Positions 18,686 to 28,035 of a stretch of DNA of 64,000 nucleotides are shown here, in pieces. Origin of the DNA: Planctomycetota bacterium (GTDB lineage: Bacteria; Planctomycetota; UBA1135; UBA2386); assembly GCA_046290465.1 (NCBI GenBank), contig JBKAGP010000001.1, positions 832,001 to 896,000 on the forward strand, read 5' to 3'. The notes below the pieces were generated by a model. It made no database searches. It was not told the DNA's origin and saw only the letters and a list, made by a program, of their open reading frames with translations. The translations under genes were made by a program, and so were the position numbers. Every line of letters begins with the position of its first letter. Within the stretch, counting starts at the first letter, position 1.

Positions 18686-21600
18686 GACGGACAACCGGGA
18701 GATCCTGAACGACGCGGAGGTCGACTTCCTGCTGCAGGGAGCCGAGACCGATGCGGCCACTGAAGCGCCCCAGCTCGAGGACGGCAACCAGACCGTCACG
18801 ATGCACGGCGATCTCGATCAGATCAGCCTGGCAGACATCTTCCAGACCCTGGCGATGTCGAAGATGGAGGGCGTGCTGCGGGTTCGCAACCCCCTCGAAG
18901 AACGGCAGGTCTACTGCTCCGACGGCTATGTGCGGATCCTGGTCCCGGCCCGGCTGACCCTGCGACGCCTCGGCCAGCGCCTGATCCAGGCCGGCCTGCT
19001 GCAGGCCGACCAGCTGCGCAGCGCGCTGGTCGAACAGCGCAAGGACCGCATCCCGCTCGGGCAGCTGCTGGTCCGCGACGGCCTGATCACGCAGGAGGAA
19101 CTCGACGAGATCATCGGCATGCAGGTCGCCGAGGACCTGTTCGCGCTGTTCACGTGGAAGCACGGCACGTTCGAGTTCTTCAAGGGCGACCCCGGTTCGA
19201 CCGTGCTGCGCTCGCAGTTCGAGTCGTGCCCCGAATACGAGGTCAACAGCCTGCTGCTCGAGGTGGCGCGCCGTTCGGACGAGTGGCAGCTGATCCTCGA
19301 CCAGGTGCAGAGCCTCGACGAGATCCCCAAGCAGGTCGCCCAGCCGGCCAACCCCGACGACCTGGACGAGACCCACGATGCGGTGCTGAACGGCATCGAC
19401 GGGCGCTCGACCTACCGGCAGCTGGCCGACCAGACCACGCTCGGCCTGTTCGACTTCTCGCGGGCCGCGCGCGACCTGGCCCAGGGCGGCATCCTCGAGA
19501 ACATCGACGACCCGCAGCTGATCCAGGTCGCGACCGAGCTCGCCGAAGAAGGCGAGAGCAAGCGCGCGGTGGTGCTGCTGCAGACGCTGCGGGACCGCCC
19601 CGGTGATCGCAGCCTCGGCGTCATCCGCGGCATGGCCGAGGTGCTCGAGCAGGTCGGCGAGCGGCGCTTTGCCAGCTCGCTGCTGCTGGAGGCCGCGCAG
19701 CGCTCGGCGGTCGCCGAGGAGGCGCTCGAGCTGGCCCGCGCTGCGCGGGCGCTGGTGCCGTACGACCCGGGCACGCTCAGCTTCCTGCGCACGGTGCTGG
19801 TCGCGCACTGCGAACCGGACTCCGCCGAACTCGAGAAGGTCACCATCGACCTGCTCGACGCGCTGATCGACGGCGACCTGGTGCCGACCGCCCTCGAGAT
19901 CATCGAGGACGCGCGCCGCACCGATACCGTTCGGCCGCAGATCCTGATGCGCGAGGCCCGCGCGCGCCAGAAGGCCAAGGACGTCGACGGCGCCGTCGAG
20001 AGCCTGCTCGAACTCGCCGAGTGCTACCTGGAGGACGGCAACCGCGAGAAGGCCGCCGAGGCCTACGACGCCGTGATGCGGCTGGACCGTTCTCGCAAGG
20101 ACGTGCAGCGGCAGCTGGCGGCGCTCAAGCGCACCAGGCTCGGCAGCATGATCCGGCTGGCCGCGATCCTGCTGGTCACGGCGCTGGTCGGCGGCATGGG
20201 CTTCGTCTGGTGGCAGCAGAGTGCGTTCGAGGCGGCGCTGCAGAACGCCCAGGGCGAGATCCAGCAGCTGCTCGACCAGGGCGACCGCAACGGCGCCCGC
20301 ACCTCGCTGGACAAGTGGCGCACCGCGCTCGGCGACTGCGAGACGATCCAGGACCTCGCCAGCCGGGTCGCGTTCGCCGACGCCGCCGAGAACAAGCGCC
20401 TCGAGAAGATCCGCCGCGGCCGCCTGACCGAGCGCATGAGCGAGGCCGCCGAACGGCTCGGCCGCGGCGAACTCGCCGCCGCGCTGGCGATCTACGTCGA
20501 GGTGCACGCCGAGCGCGGCATGTCGACCGAGGTCACCGGCGTCGTCAGCACCCGCCTGCAGGCGATGCTGACCGAGCTGCAGCGCTCGACCAAGGAGCTG
20601 GACGGCCAGCTGCCGCCCGACCCTGCCGAGCTGTTCGATCGCGGCCAGCTGGCGACCAACCTCGCCTCGATGCAGGAAGCCTGCCCGCCGGCGCTGCTGC
20701 GCGCGCACGACGAACTGGCGGCGATGCAGAGCCGCTCGGAGCTGCCGGAGTTCCTGACTGCCGTGGAGCTGCGCAAGATCGACGAGGCGCTCGCCGCGGT
20801 GCGGCCGGCCGTCGAGCGGATCCGCGCCCGCAGCACCGCCTACACCGCGGCCCTGCAGCGCAACGACACCGAGCGCCGGCTCGACCCGCTGTTCAAGGCG
20901 GCCGTCGAGAAGGAGACCGCGCACGACTTCGAAGGGGCGCTCGAGCTCTACCGCAAGCTCGAGGCCCAACCGACCGGCGACCCCGAGCTGCGCGCGCACT
21001 TCCGCGATCGGGTGACCCGCAACGCAACCATCACCCGGCTGCTGAAGGAGCTCGACACGGCGACCAACGCCGGCGACTTCGGCGGCGCGCAGCAGCAGCT
21101 GAAGGCGTTGCGCATGTCGTTCCCGGAGGTGCCGTTCGACACGCTGGTGCGGCTGCCGCTGACCGTCGTCAGCCAGCCGCCGGGCGCCACCGTGCTGGTC
21201 AACGGCCTCGACGTCGGCGCGACGCCGATCGTGCTGAAGCGCGTGCCGGCCGAACCGACGGTCGTCGCGGTGTCTGTCGACGGCTTCGACCAGGTCGAGC
21301 AGACGTTCACCGGCGACCAGAACTCGACCTGGACCGCCCAGCTGACCCTGCAGCCGCTGCGGGTGCGCAGCCACGACGGCGCCGTCGAGACGCCGCCGAC
21401 GCTGCTGCCGTCCGGCGACCTGGTGTTCGTCGACCGCAGCGGCGACGTCACCCGCCTCGACCCGACCCTGCGCGCCGCCGCCTGGAAGTTCCCGAGCAAC
21501 GACCTGTCCGGCTACCTGTCGCCGGCGCTGCTGGTCGACGACCAGCTGCTGGTCGCGTCGCTAGACGGCAAGCTGCGCGGCATCGGCGCCGACGACGGCA

Positions 21601-22304
21601 AGCTGCGCTGGGAACTGGCGGAGCTGCCCTGTGAGGTGGCGCCGGCGCTGGTCGGGCGCATGCTGGCGCTCGCGACCAGCGACGGCCGCCTGCACACGAT
21701 CGACCTCGCCGAACGCCGCCGGATCGCCGTCGACCTCGGCCAGCGCGCCTGCGACGACCTGCTGCAGCACGCCGGCAACGCGATCGTGGTTGGCGACCGC
21801 GGCCGGATCAGCTGCTGGTCGATGGACCTGAAGCCGGTCTGGAAGCGCGACCTCGACGGCGTCGACAGCCCGCGCGCCCGGCTCTCGGGCGACGTCGTCG
21901 TGGTCGGCGACGACCAGGGCCGGCTGTTCGGACTGGCCGCGAAGACCGGCGAGGTGGTCTGGCGCCGGGACGTCGGCCAGGCTCCGCTCGGACGCTTCGA
22001 AGTGGCCGCGAGCCGGGTGCTGGTCGCGACCCCGGAGCAGATCGCCCGGTTCGATGCCGCCACCGGCGCCGTGCTGGATCCGTTCCCGCGGTGCCGCGCC
22101 GACTGGGCGAGCCGCCCGTACGTGATCGGCAACCGGCTGGTTGCTGCGATGCGCGACGGCGACCTGCAGGTTCTCGATCGCGACAGCGGCAAGCCGCTCT
22201 ACCTGCTGGCGGGAGACGCCAGGAGTCGCGTGCTGCAGACGGCCGGCCGACTGTTCGTGGTCACGCCCGAACGCGAGGTCCGGTACCATGGGCCGCTGCG
22301 CTGA
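18684..22304 (+). CDS. Multidomain membrane protein: FliM-N-like peptide, DUF4388 with MshEN-type motif, TPR-like helices, TM, PEGA, PQQ-like beta-propeller
   Basis: MHGDLDQISLADIFQTL...EGVLRV and LFTWKHGTFEF (DUF4388); RLGQRLIQAGLL (MshEN); VVSQPPGATVLVNG...GATP (PEGA); DGKLRW and TGEVVW propeller blades. Confidence 0.85.
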   Translation: MTDNREILNDAEVDFLLQGAETDAATEAPQLEDGNQTVTMHGDLDQISLADIFQTLAMSKMEGVLRVRNPLEERQVYCSDGYVRILVPARLTLRRLGQRLIQAGLLQADQLRSALVEQRKDRIPLGQLLVRDGLITQEELDEIIGMQVAEDLFALFTWKHGTFEFFKGDPGSTVLRSQFESCPEYEVNSLLLEVARRSDEWQLILDQVQSLDEIPKQVAQPANPDDLDETHDAVLNGIDGRSTYRQLADQTTLGLFDFSRAARDLAQGGILENIDDPQLIQVATELAEEGESKRAVVLLQTLRDRPGDRSLGVIRGMAEVLEQVGERRFASSLLLEAAQRSAVAEEALELARAARALVPYDPGTLSFLRTVLVAHCEPDSAELEKVTIDLLDALIDGDLVPTALEIIEDARRTDTVRPQILMREARARQKAKDVDGAVESLLELAECYLEDGNREKAAEAYDAVMRLDRSRKDVQRQLAALKRTRLGSMIRLAAILLVTALVGGMGFVWWQQSAFEAALQNAQGEIQQLLDQGDRNGARTSLDKWRTALGDCETIQDLASRVAFADAAENKRLEKIRRGRLTERMSEAAERLGRGELAAALAIYVEVHAERGMSTEVTGVVSTRLQAMLTELQRSTKELDGQLPPDPAELFDRGQLATNLASMQEACPPALLRAHDELAAMQSRSELPEFLTAVELRKIDEALAAVRPAVERIRARSTAYTAALQRNDTERRLDPLFKAAVEKETAHDFEGALELYRKLEAQPTGDPELRAHFRDRVTRNATITRLLKELDTATNAGDFGGAQQQLKALRMSFPEVPFDTLVRLPLTVVSQPPGATVLVNGLDVGATPIVLKRVPAEPTVVAVSVDGFDQVEQTFTGDQNSTWTAQLTLQPLRVRSHDGAVETPPTLLPSGDLVFVDRSGDVTRLDPTLRAAAWKFPSNDLSGYLSPALLVDDQLLVASLDGKLRGIGADDGKLRWELAELPCEVAPALVGRMLALATSDGRLHTIDLAERRRIAVDLGQRACDDLLQHAGNAIVVGDRGRISCWSMDLKPVWKRDLDGVDSPRARLSGDVVVVGDDQGRLFGLAAKTGEVVWRRDVGQAPLGRFEVAASRVLVATPEQIARFDAATGAVLDPFPRCRADWASRPYVIGNRLVAAMRDGDLQVLDRDSGKPLYLLAGDARSRVLQTAGRLFVVTPEREVRYHGPLR

Positions 22305-22627
22305 CGGCGGACCGACGTCGGTTCCACGACACCCCGTCTGGAAAAGGCCACGGTTGCCGCGCGAGCTTGCGGTCCCTCCGTTGCGAACGACGGTGCAGCG
22401 CATGCAGCGGCGCTCCGATCGGTTGCCCGGGCCCGAAACCCGTCCGAGAAAGGCGACTAGAAGGCCGCACCCGCCCACGTTGCGGTGTGCGGATCGGCAG
22501 CTTCAGCCCGCGCGGTTCCCCCGACGGGACCCGCAGCACCCTCGGTTGTCCCGGTGCCATGGGCCGTTGCCGTCGAGACCCGGTGCCAGCCAAACCTTTT
22601 CGGATTCTGATGCACCAGACATGCAAC

Positions 22628-22644
22628 GCGGCACGTGCCTTGCT
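22628..22644 (+). promoter_or_regulatory. Sigma54 (-24/-12) promoter upstream of the PEP-CTERM gene
   Basis: gcGGCACGtgccTTGCt, with GG at 22630-31 and GC at 22642-43 (exact 10-nt spacing), ~50 nt before ATG 22692. Confidence 0.75.
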
Positions 22645-22691
22645 CGTTGCGTGGCAGCCCCCGCGCTTCCAAGTGCGGACCTGAGATACCC

Positions 22692-23162
22692 ATGCGCAAG
22701 TTCCTGTCCATCAACCTGCTGATCGCCTGCTTCGCCCTGCCGTCGTGCTCCGACGGCGCCGGCACCCTCGTCACCTCGACGGACGGTCCCGAGGCACCGA
22801 TCAACGACCCGGACTCCGGCGTGTTCAACCCGGGCAACGGTGGCTCCAACGGCGGCTCGAGCGGCGGTGGCAACACGGCCGAGCCGACCGGCAACGGCGG
22901 CAGCGGCGCGAGCGGCGGCGCCGGCTCCGAAGGTGGCGAGCAGATCGATCCGGGCGGTGGCGGCGGCGGCGGCAACGGTTCGTCCGGGGCCAACAACGGC
23001 GGTAGCGCCGGCGGCGGCGGCTCGAGCGTCGGCCAGGAAGGCGGCGGCAGCAGCAGCCAGCCGGTCCCCGAGCCGGGCACCCTGCTGCTGGTCGGCAGCG
23101 GCCTCGCCGGAGTCGGCGCCTCGCTGCTGCGCCGGCGCCGCAAGCGCGAGCAGACGGCGTGA
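22692..23162 (+). CDS. Gly-rich PEP-CTERM sorting-domain protein with a probable lipoprotein signal
   Basis: N-terminal ...FALPSC; C-terminal VPEPGTLLLVGSGLAGVGASLLRRRRKR. Confidence 0.9.
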   Translation: MRKFLSINLLIACFALPSCSDGAGTLVTSTDGPEAPINDPDSGVFNPGNGGSNGGSSGGGNTAEPTGNGGSGASGGAGSEGGEQIDPGGGGGGGNGSSGANNGGSAGGGGSSVGQEGGGSSSQPVPEPGTLLLVGSGLAGVGASLLRRRRKREQTA

Positions 23163-23253
23163 CGCAGCCGGCCTGACGAACGGCCCCCGCGCGGCGCGCC
23201 GAACGCCGCCCCTCGCAACGCCGGCACCCTGCCCGCAAGATGACGGGCAGCCG

Positions 23254-24204
23254 ATGTCCCGCCCCGAGCCGCACCCGATCGTCCTGACCTCGCGCATCCC
23301 CAACGAGGCCGCGGGACGCACCCTGCTCGAGTTCCTGGCGCAGCGGTTCCGCTACCACGACGGCGCCCACTGGCAGCAGGAACTCGCCCAGCGGCGGCTG
23401 CAGCTCGACGGACGGCCGGCGGCCGGTGACGAAGTCCTGCGCCCCGGCATGCGGCTGCGCTACGAGAAGCTGCACCGGGAGCCGGCCGTCGACCTCGGCT
23501 ACACCGTGCTGCACGAGGACCGCCACCTGCTGGTGGTCGACAAGCCGGCGCACCTGCCGATGCACGCCGACGGGCCGTTCATCCGCAACACCCTGATCTG
23601 GAAGCTGCGACAGGACCACGGCGAGACCCTGCAGCTGGTGCACCGGCTCGACCGCGAAACCAGCGGCGCGGTGGTCGTGGCACGCGACAAGCGCGCGCAG
23701 GCGGCGATCCAGCGGCAGTTCGGCGAAGGGCTGCACAAGCGCTACCTGGCGGTCGTGCGCGGCGAGGTGACGGAGCCCCTCGTATGCGACGAGCCGATCG
23801 GCCACCACGCGCGCAGTGAGGTCCGGCTGCGCCGCAGCGCCGCACCAGACGCCGAACGGCCGCAGGCCGCGCGCACCGCGGTGACCCCGGTGCGGCGCGG
23901 TACCGGCCGTTCGCTGGTCGCGTGCGAGCCGACCACCGGCCGCACCCACCAACTGCGCGCCCACCTCGAACACCGCGGCCACCCGATCGTCGGCGACAAG
24001 CTCTACGGCCGCCCCGACGCCGACTACCTCGCCTTCGTGCGCCGGATGAAGGCCGGCGACAGCGTGTTCGTCGAACGCGACGGCGAGCCCAACCGGCAGC
24101 TGCTGCACGCGGCCGCGATCACGTTCTGCCATCCACAGGACGGTCGCCAGGTGACCTACACGGCGCCGTTGCCCGACGAGTTCGAGCGCTGGCTGTTGTG
24201 CTAG
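23254..24204 (+). CDS. RluA-family pseudouridine synthase
   Basis: LLVVDKPAHLPMH, LVHRLDRETSG (catalytic Asp), TGRTHQLRAHL, GHPIVGDKLYG, LLHA. Confidence 0.93.
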   Translation: MSRPEPHPIVLTSRIPNEAAGRTLLEFLAQRFRYHDGAHWQQELAQRRLQLDGRPAAGDEVLRPGMRLRYEKLHREPAVDLGYTVLHEDRHLLVVDKPAHLPMHADGPFIRNTLIWKLRQDHGETLQLVHRLDRETSGAVVVARDKRAQAAIQRQFGEGLHKRYLAVVRGEVTEPLVCDEPIGHHARSEVRLRRSAAPDAERPQAARTAVTPVRRGTGRSLVACEPTTGRTHQLRAHLEHRGHPIVGDKLYGRPDADYLAFVRRMKAGDSVFVERDGEPNRQLLHAAAITFCHPQDGRQVTYTAPLPDEFERWLLC

Positions 24205-24229
24205 CAGGCGCTGCGTGCACGATCTCGGC

Positions 24230-24982
24230 ATGCAGTGGATCGGCATGCACTGGAACCGCACGTGGACCGCGCTTCTGGCCTCGTTGCTGTTGGTCGCCTG
24301 CGAGGGCACCCCGCCGCCCGCGCCGCGGCCGACGGACGGCGGTGCGGTCCGGCATGCACCGCCGCCCGATGACGTCGAGGCCGCCTGCCGCGCGCTGCAC
24401 CAAGCCCCCGCGCACCGCTGGACCGAACTGCTGCCGGCCGTGACCGCCGCCGGGGCGCGCGCCGAACAGCCGCTGATCGCGCTGCTCCGCCAGCAGCCAG
24501 CCGCCGACGGGGCGCAGGCGAGCCTGGCCGCGCTGGGGCGGATCGGCGGCGCGGCCGCCGTGACGTTCTGTCGGCAGCTGGTCGAAGAGCGCGCGCCGCA
24601 GGCGGTCGAAGCCGCGCTGGCGCTCGCCGAACTGCCCGGCGAAGCCGACGACGAGGTGCTGCTCGCGTGCCTGCAGGATCGCCACAGCGACGCGTCGCTG
24701 CGCACCGCCGCGGCGTGCGCGCTCGCCCGCCACGGCGAACGAGACCACGCCGCGCGCTGGGTCGGGGCCGTGGTGCGCGCCGGCACCCCCGCCGGCCGCG
24801 CCGACGAACGCGCGCTCGGCCTGCCGGGCAAGTCGCGCTGGGCGCGCGAACGCTACTTCGTGCAGCGCACCCTGCTGGCGCTCGGCCACCGGGACCTGTG
24901 CGAACGTCTCGACACCGACGCCTCGTGGCCGACGCTCGAGAAGCTCGCACCGGAGATCGAAGCGCGCCTGCGCGGCAACTGA
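24230..24982 (+). CDS. HEAT-repeat-like lipoprotein
   Basis: LLLVAC lipobox; ALGRIGG and LRTAAACALA helical repeats. Start may be 24245. Confidence 0.7.
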   Translation: MQWIGMHWNRTWTALLASLLLVACEGTPPPAPRPTDGGAVRHAPPPDDVEAACRALHQAPAHRWTELLPAVTAAGARAEQPLIALLRQQPAADGAQASLAALGRIGGAAAVTFCRQLVEERAPQAVEAALALAELPGEADDEVLLACLQDRHSDASLRTAAACALARHGERDHAARWVGAVVRAGTPAGRADERALGLPGKSRWARERYFVQRTLLALGHRDLCERLDTDASWPTLEKLAPEIEARLRGN

Positions 24983-25072
24983 GCACCGGTGCGCGGATGC
25001 GGCGGCCAATGCTGCCGCTGGGGTGTGCTGCCGCTGGGCTTGCTGCCGTTGGCTGCCCTGCCGCCGCGGCCC

Positions 25073-25642
25073 CTACGGGAACGCCTGCGCCACCGTCTGC
25101 ACGTGCACGTCGCTGACCGAACCGTTGCGCATCACCACGCGCCCCTTGCACGGCATGCCGTTGCGTTCGGCCTCGACCTGGACCTCGATCTCGTCGGTGA
25201 ACTGCGCGTCGGTCAGGTCGCCGAGCAGCCGCAGGTTGCGGTAGCCCAGCTGCAGCAGGCGGGTCTCGATGACCGCGACGATGCGGCTGGCCGGCGAGTC
25301 CGCGCGGCCGACGTGCTCGGCGGGGTCGCCGTCGACCGCCGCAGCCGGCGTCGTCGCCGGGATCTTGACGACGTGCTCGCTGGCACGCTGGGTCACCTCG
25401 CGCAGGTCCTCGAGGTCGTCGTGCAACCGATCCAGCTGCTCGGTGACGCGGCCCAGGCCCTTCTTGTCGACGCTCGCCGCCAGCTCGCGCACCCGGTCGT
25501 CGAGCGACTTGAGGCGCTCGTCGAGGCTGCGGATGCCGGCGAGCTTCTGCAGGTGTTCTTCGAAGCGCACCATGCGAAGGTGCACCAGCACGTAGCCCAC
25601 GAGGAGCGCGACGAAGAACAGGGTGAACTGCAGGGGACTCAT
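25073..25642 (-). CDS. Hypothetical protein: N-terminal TM, coiled coil, small C-terminal domain
   Basis: FTLFFVALLVGYVLVHL followed by heptad LDERLKSLDDRVREL; TAGAAT -10 box upstream. Confidence 0.75.
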   Translation of the reverse strand: MSPLQFTLFFVALLVGYVLVHLRMVRFEEHLQKLAGIRSLDERLKSLDDRVRELAASVDKKGLGRVTEQLDRLHDDLEDLREVTQRASEHVVKIPATTPAAAVDGDPAEHVGRADSPASRIVAVIETRLLQLGYRNLRLLGDLTDAQFTDEIEVQVEAERNGMPCKGRVVMRNGSVSDVHVQTVAQAFP

Positions 25643-25722
25643 CTACGCGGGCATTCTAGCAGCAAGCGCCGTCCCGACGTAGTGCGCACGCAAAACGTCT
25701 GCGGAGCGCCGCTGCGGCGGCG

Positions 25723-27870
25723 TCACGCCGCCTGGCTGCGCCGCGACGCGTCGCGCCCGAAGACCAGCAGGAACGCGACCAGCGCGGCCGGACCGAGCAA
25801 CATCGACAGCCACCACCACGAAGTCCCGAGCAGCACCATCGGCAGGTAGCCGCACAGTGTCGCCGTTGCCATGGTCAGCACCGCGTACGGGATCTGCGTC
25901 TGCACGTGGTGCAGGTGGTCGCAGCGGGTGCCGAGCGACGACAGCACGGTGGTGTCGCTGATCGGGGAGCAGTGGTCGCCGAAGATCGAACCCTCGAGCA
26001 CCGAACCGATCGTCAGCACCATCAGCGCCGGCCCTCCAAACGACGACTCGGCGCCGATCGTGTGCGACAGCACCACCACGTTGGGCAGCAGGATCGCCAT
26101 CGTGCCGTACGACGTGCCGGTCGCGAACGCGATCAGGCCGGCCAGCAGGAACATCAGGATCGGCAGGATCGCCGCGCTCATCAGGTCGCGGAACGCCGCA
26201 GTCAGGTAGAACGCGGTGCCGAGGTCCTTGCAGGTCTGGCCGATGCACCACGCCAGCAGCAGGATCACGATCGCGATGCCGAGCGACTTCGCCGACCGCA
26301 AGGCGCTGCCGACCACCTGCGACACCGACAGGATGCGCTGGCCGATCGCCAGGCCCGCCGCGGTCACCAGGGCCCACATCGCCGACCACATCAGCGCCTT
26401 TTCGGTGGATGACTGGCCGAGGATGTAGCGCGACCGTTCGAGCAGGCCGTCGAGCGAGTCCGGCACCGCGTAGTTGCCGTCCGCGTCGTAGGCGCCGTAA
26501 TAGTAGATCAGGTACAGCGTCACCGCGATCAGCACGCCGACCGGCAGGAAGCCGTTGATCGCGCGCCGCGGCGCGCCTTCGGGCGGCTGCATCTCGGCGA
26601 TGTCGCCGCCGACCATCGGGTTGGCGTCGTCGGCGATCGGCTTGCCCTCGTGCCGCGCGCGGCGTTCGGCCTTGAGCATCGGCCCGAAGTCGCGCCGCAT
26701 CAGGATCGACAGCCCGATCAGCATCAGCGCGAACAGGCAGTAGAAGCGGAACGGGATCGTCTGCACGAACACCGCGAACGCGTCGCTGGCGAGATACGGA
26801 TCGCCGGCCTCGTTGGTCACCAGCGTCAACGGCGCGCGGTACTGCGTGATCTCGTAGGCGATCCAGGTCGAGAAGATCGACAGGCCCGCGATCGGAGCGG
26901 CGGTCGAGTCGACGATGTAGGCGATCTTCTCGCGGCTGACGCCGTTCTTGTCGCCGAGCGGCTGCATCGTCGTGCCGGCGATGATGCAGTTGCTGTAGTC
27001 GTCGAAGAAGATCAGCAGGCCCGTCAGCCAGGTGCAGATCTGCGTGCTGACCGGCCCCTTCGCGAAGCGGCTGATCCACTGCACCATGCCCTGGATGCCG
27101 CCGCTCTTGGACATCACGCCGATGGCCATGAACAGGAACACGACGAACACGATGATGCGCGCCTGGAAGCCGGCGCTCGACGTCCAGACCGGCTCACTGT
27201 CGCCGATGCCGAGCCAGGTCTGCGGCTGGCCCAGGATGTCGGACCAGAGCGTGTCCGACAGCAGGTGCCACAGCCCGGTCAACGGCGACAGCAACGCGCC
27301 GCCGATGCCGACGTCGGCGCCGACCGCGCCCATGCCGGTCGCGAGGTACCAGGCCGTTCCGGCCAGCGAACCGAGGAACAGCGACATCACGATGCGCTGC
27401 GTCGCGATCGCCAGGATGATCGCCAGGAACGCGGGGATCAGGCTGCCGCGGCTCGGATAGGCCCAGGTCTCGGTCGGCCCGCCCTCGCCCAGCTGCGCCT
27501 GCACGCCGTGGTCGCCGGCCAGGATCAGCATGCCGATCGGTGCCCGGTCCTGGTCGACGAAGCGTTTGTCGGCTTCGGTGCCGGCCTCGATCGTGCGCGC
27601 GGCGGCCCACTCGGCCGCGGCCCGCTGGCAGTCGGCGGCCTGCTCGGCCGAGACCACCGGGTCCATCGGACTGAGCCGGTACTCGACCAGGATCGGCGGG
27701 ATGCCGCCGTTCTCGACCAGGTCCGCGAGCGGTCCGTCAGCGGCCAGCAGCCACTCGCGCACCTTCAGCGTTCCCAGGTAGGCCCGGCCGGTGGTCGTGT
27801 CCGGCGACGGGATCAGGAAGAACAGCAGCGCGAACGCGGCGGCCGTGATCAGACGGAGGCGACGATTCAT
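25723..27870 (-). CDS. Na+/H+ antiporter NhaC family protein
   Basis: IFFDDYSN, SREKIAYIVDSTAAP, FATGTSYGTM, FGDHCSPISDTTVLSS, HVQTQIPYA. Confidence 0.92.
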   Translation of the reverse strand: MNRRLRLITAAAFALLFFLIPSPDTTTGRAYLGTLKVREWLLAADGPLADLVENGGIPPILVEYRLSPMDPVVSAEQAADCQRAAAEWAAARTIEAGTEADKRFVDQDRAPIGMLILAGDHGVQAQLGEGGPTETWAYPSRGSLIPAFLAIILAIATQRIVMSLFLGSLAGTAWYLATGMGAVGADVGIGGALLSPLTGLWHLLSDTLWSDILGQPQTWLGIGDSEPVWTSSAGFQARIIVFVVFLFMAIGVMSKSGGIQGMVQWISRFAKGPVSTQICTWLTGLLIFFDDYSNCIIAGTTMQPLGDKNGVSREKIAYIVDSTAAPIAGLSIFSTWIAYEITQYRAPLTLVTNEAGDPYLASDAFAVFVQTIPFRFYCLFALMLIGLSILMRRDFGPMLKAERRARHEGKPIADDANPMVGGDIAEMQPPEGAPRRAINGFLPVGVLIAVTLYLIYYYGAYDADGNYAVPDSLDGLLERSRYILGQSSTEKALMWSAMWALVTAAGLAIGQRILSVSQVVGSALRSAKSLGIAIVILLLAWCIGQTCKDLGTAFYLTAAFRDLMSAAILPILMFLLAGLIAFATGTSYGTMAILLPNVVVLSHTIGAESSFGGPALMVLTIGSVLEGSIFGDHCSPISDTTVLSSLGTRCDHLHHVQTQIPYAVLTMATATLCGYLPMVLLGTSWWWLSMLLGPAALVAFLLVFGRDASRRSQAA

Positions 27871-27949
27871 GGCGGGCCGCTATCTGAGCAGACGACCACG
27901 CCCATCGCTAGCCGAAGCAGCGGGCGGAGGCAGGCTCGGGACCGCAGGG

Positions 27950-28035
27950 GCTAGGAGCGCGTCCATGTAGTGGACGCGCTGCCAACCGTGATCACGGAAG
28001 CGGCGTGTACGCATGCGGACGGGGCTTTGCCTGCT
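27950..28035. repeat. Dispersed ~85-bp palindromic intergenic element, copy 2
   Basis: Near-identical to 3764-3849; perfect 10-bp stem agcgcgtcca/tggacgcgct; GCTAG at both ends. Confidence 0.9.

Noticed and set aside
22310..22620. Riboswitch or ncRNA in the long intergenic regions (also 54180-54430 and 56530-56915)
   Set aside because: I recognised no conserved aptamer motifs by eye; an Infernal/Rfam scan would be needed.
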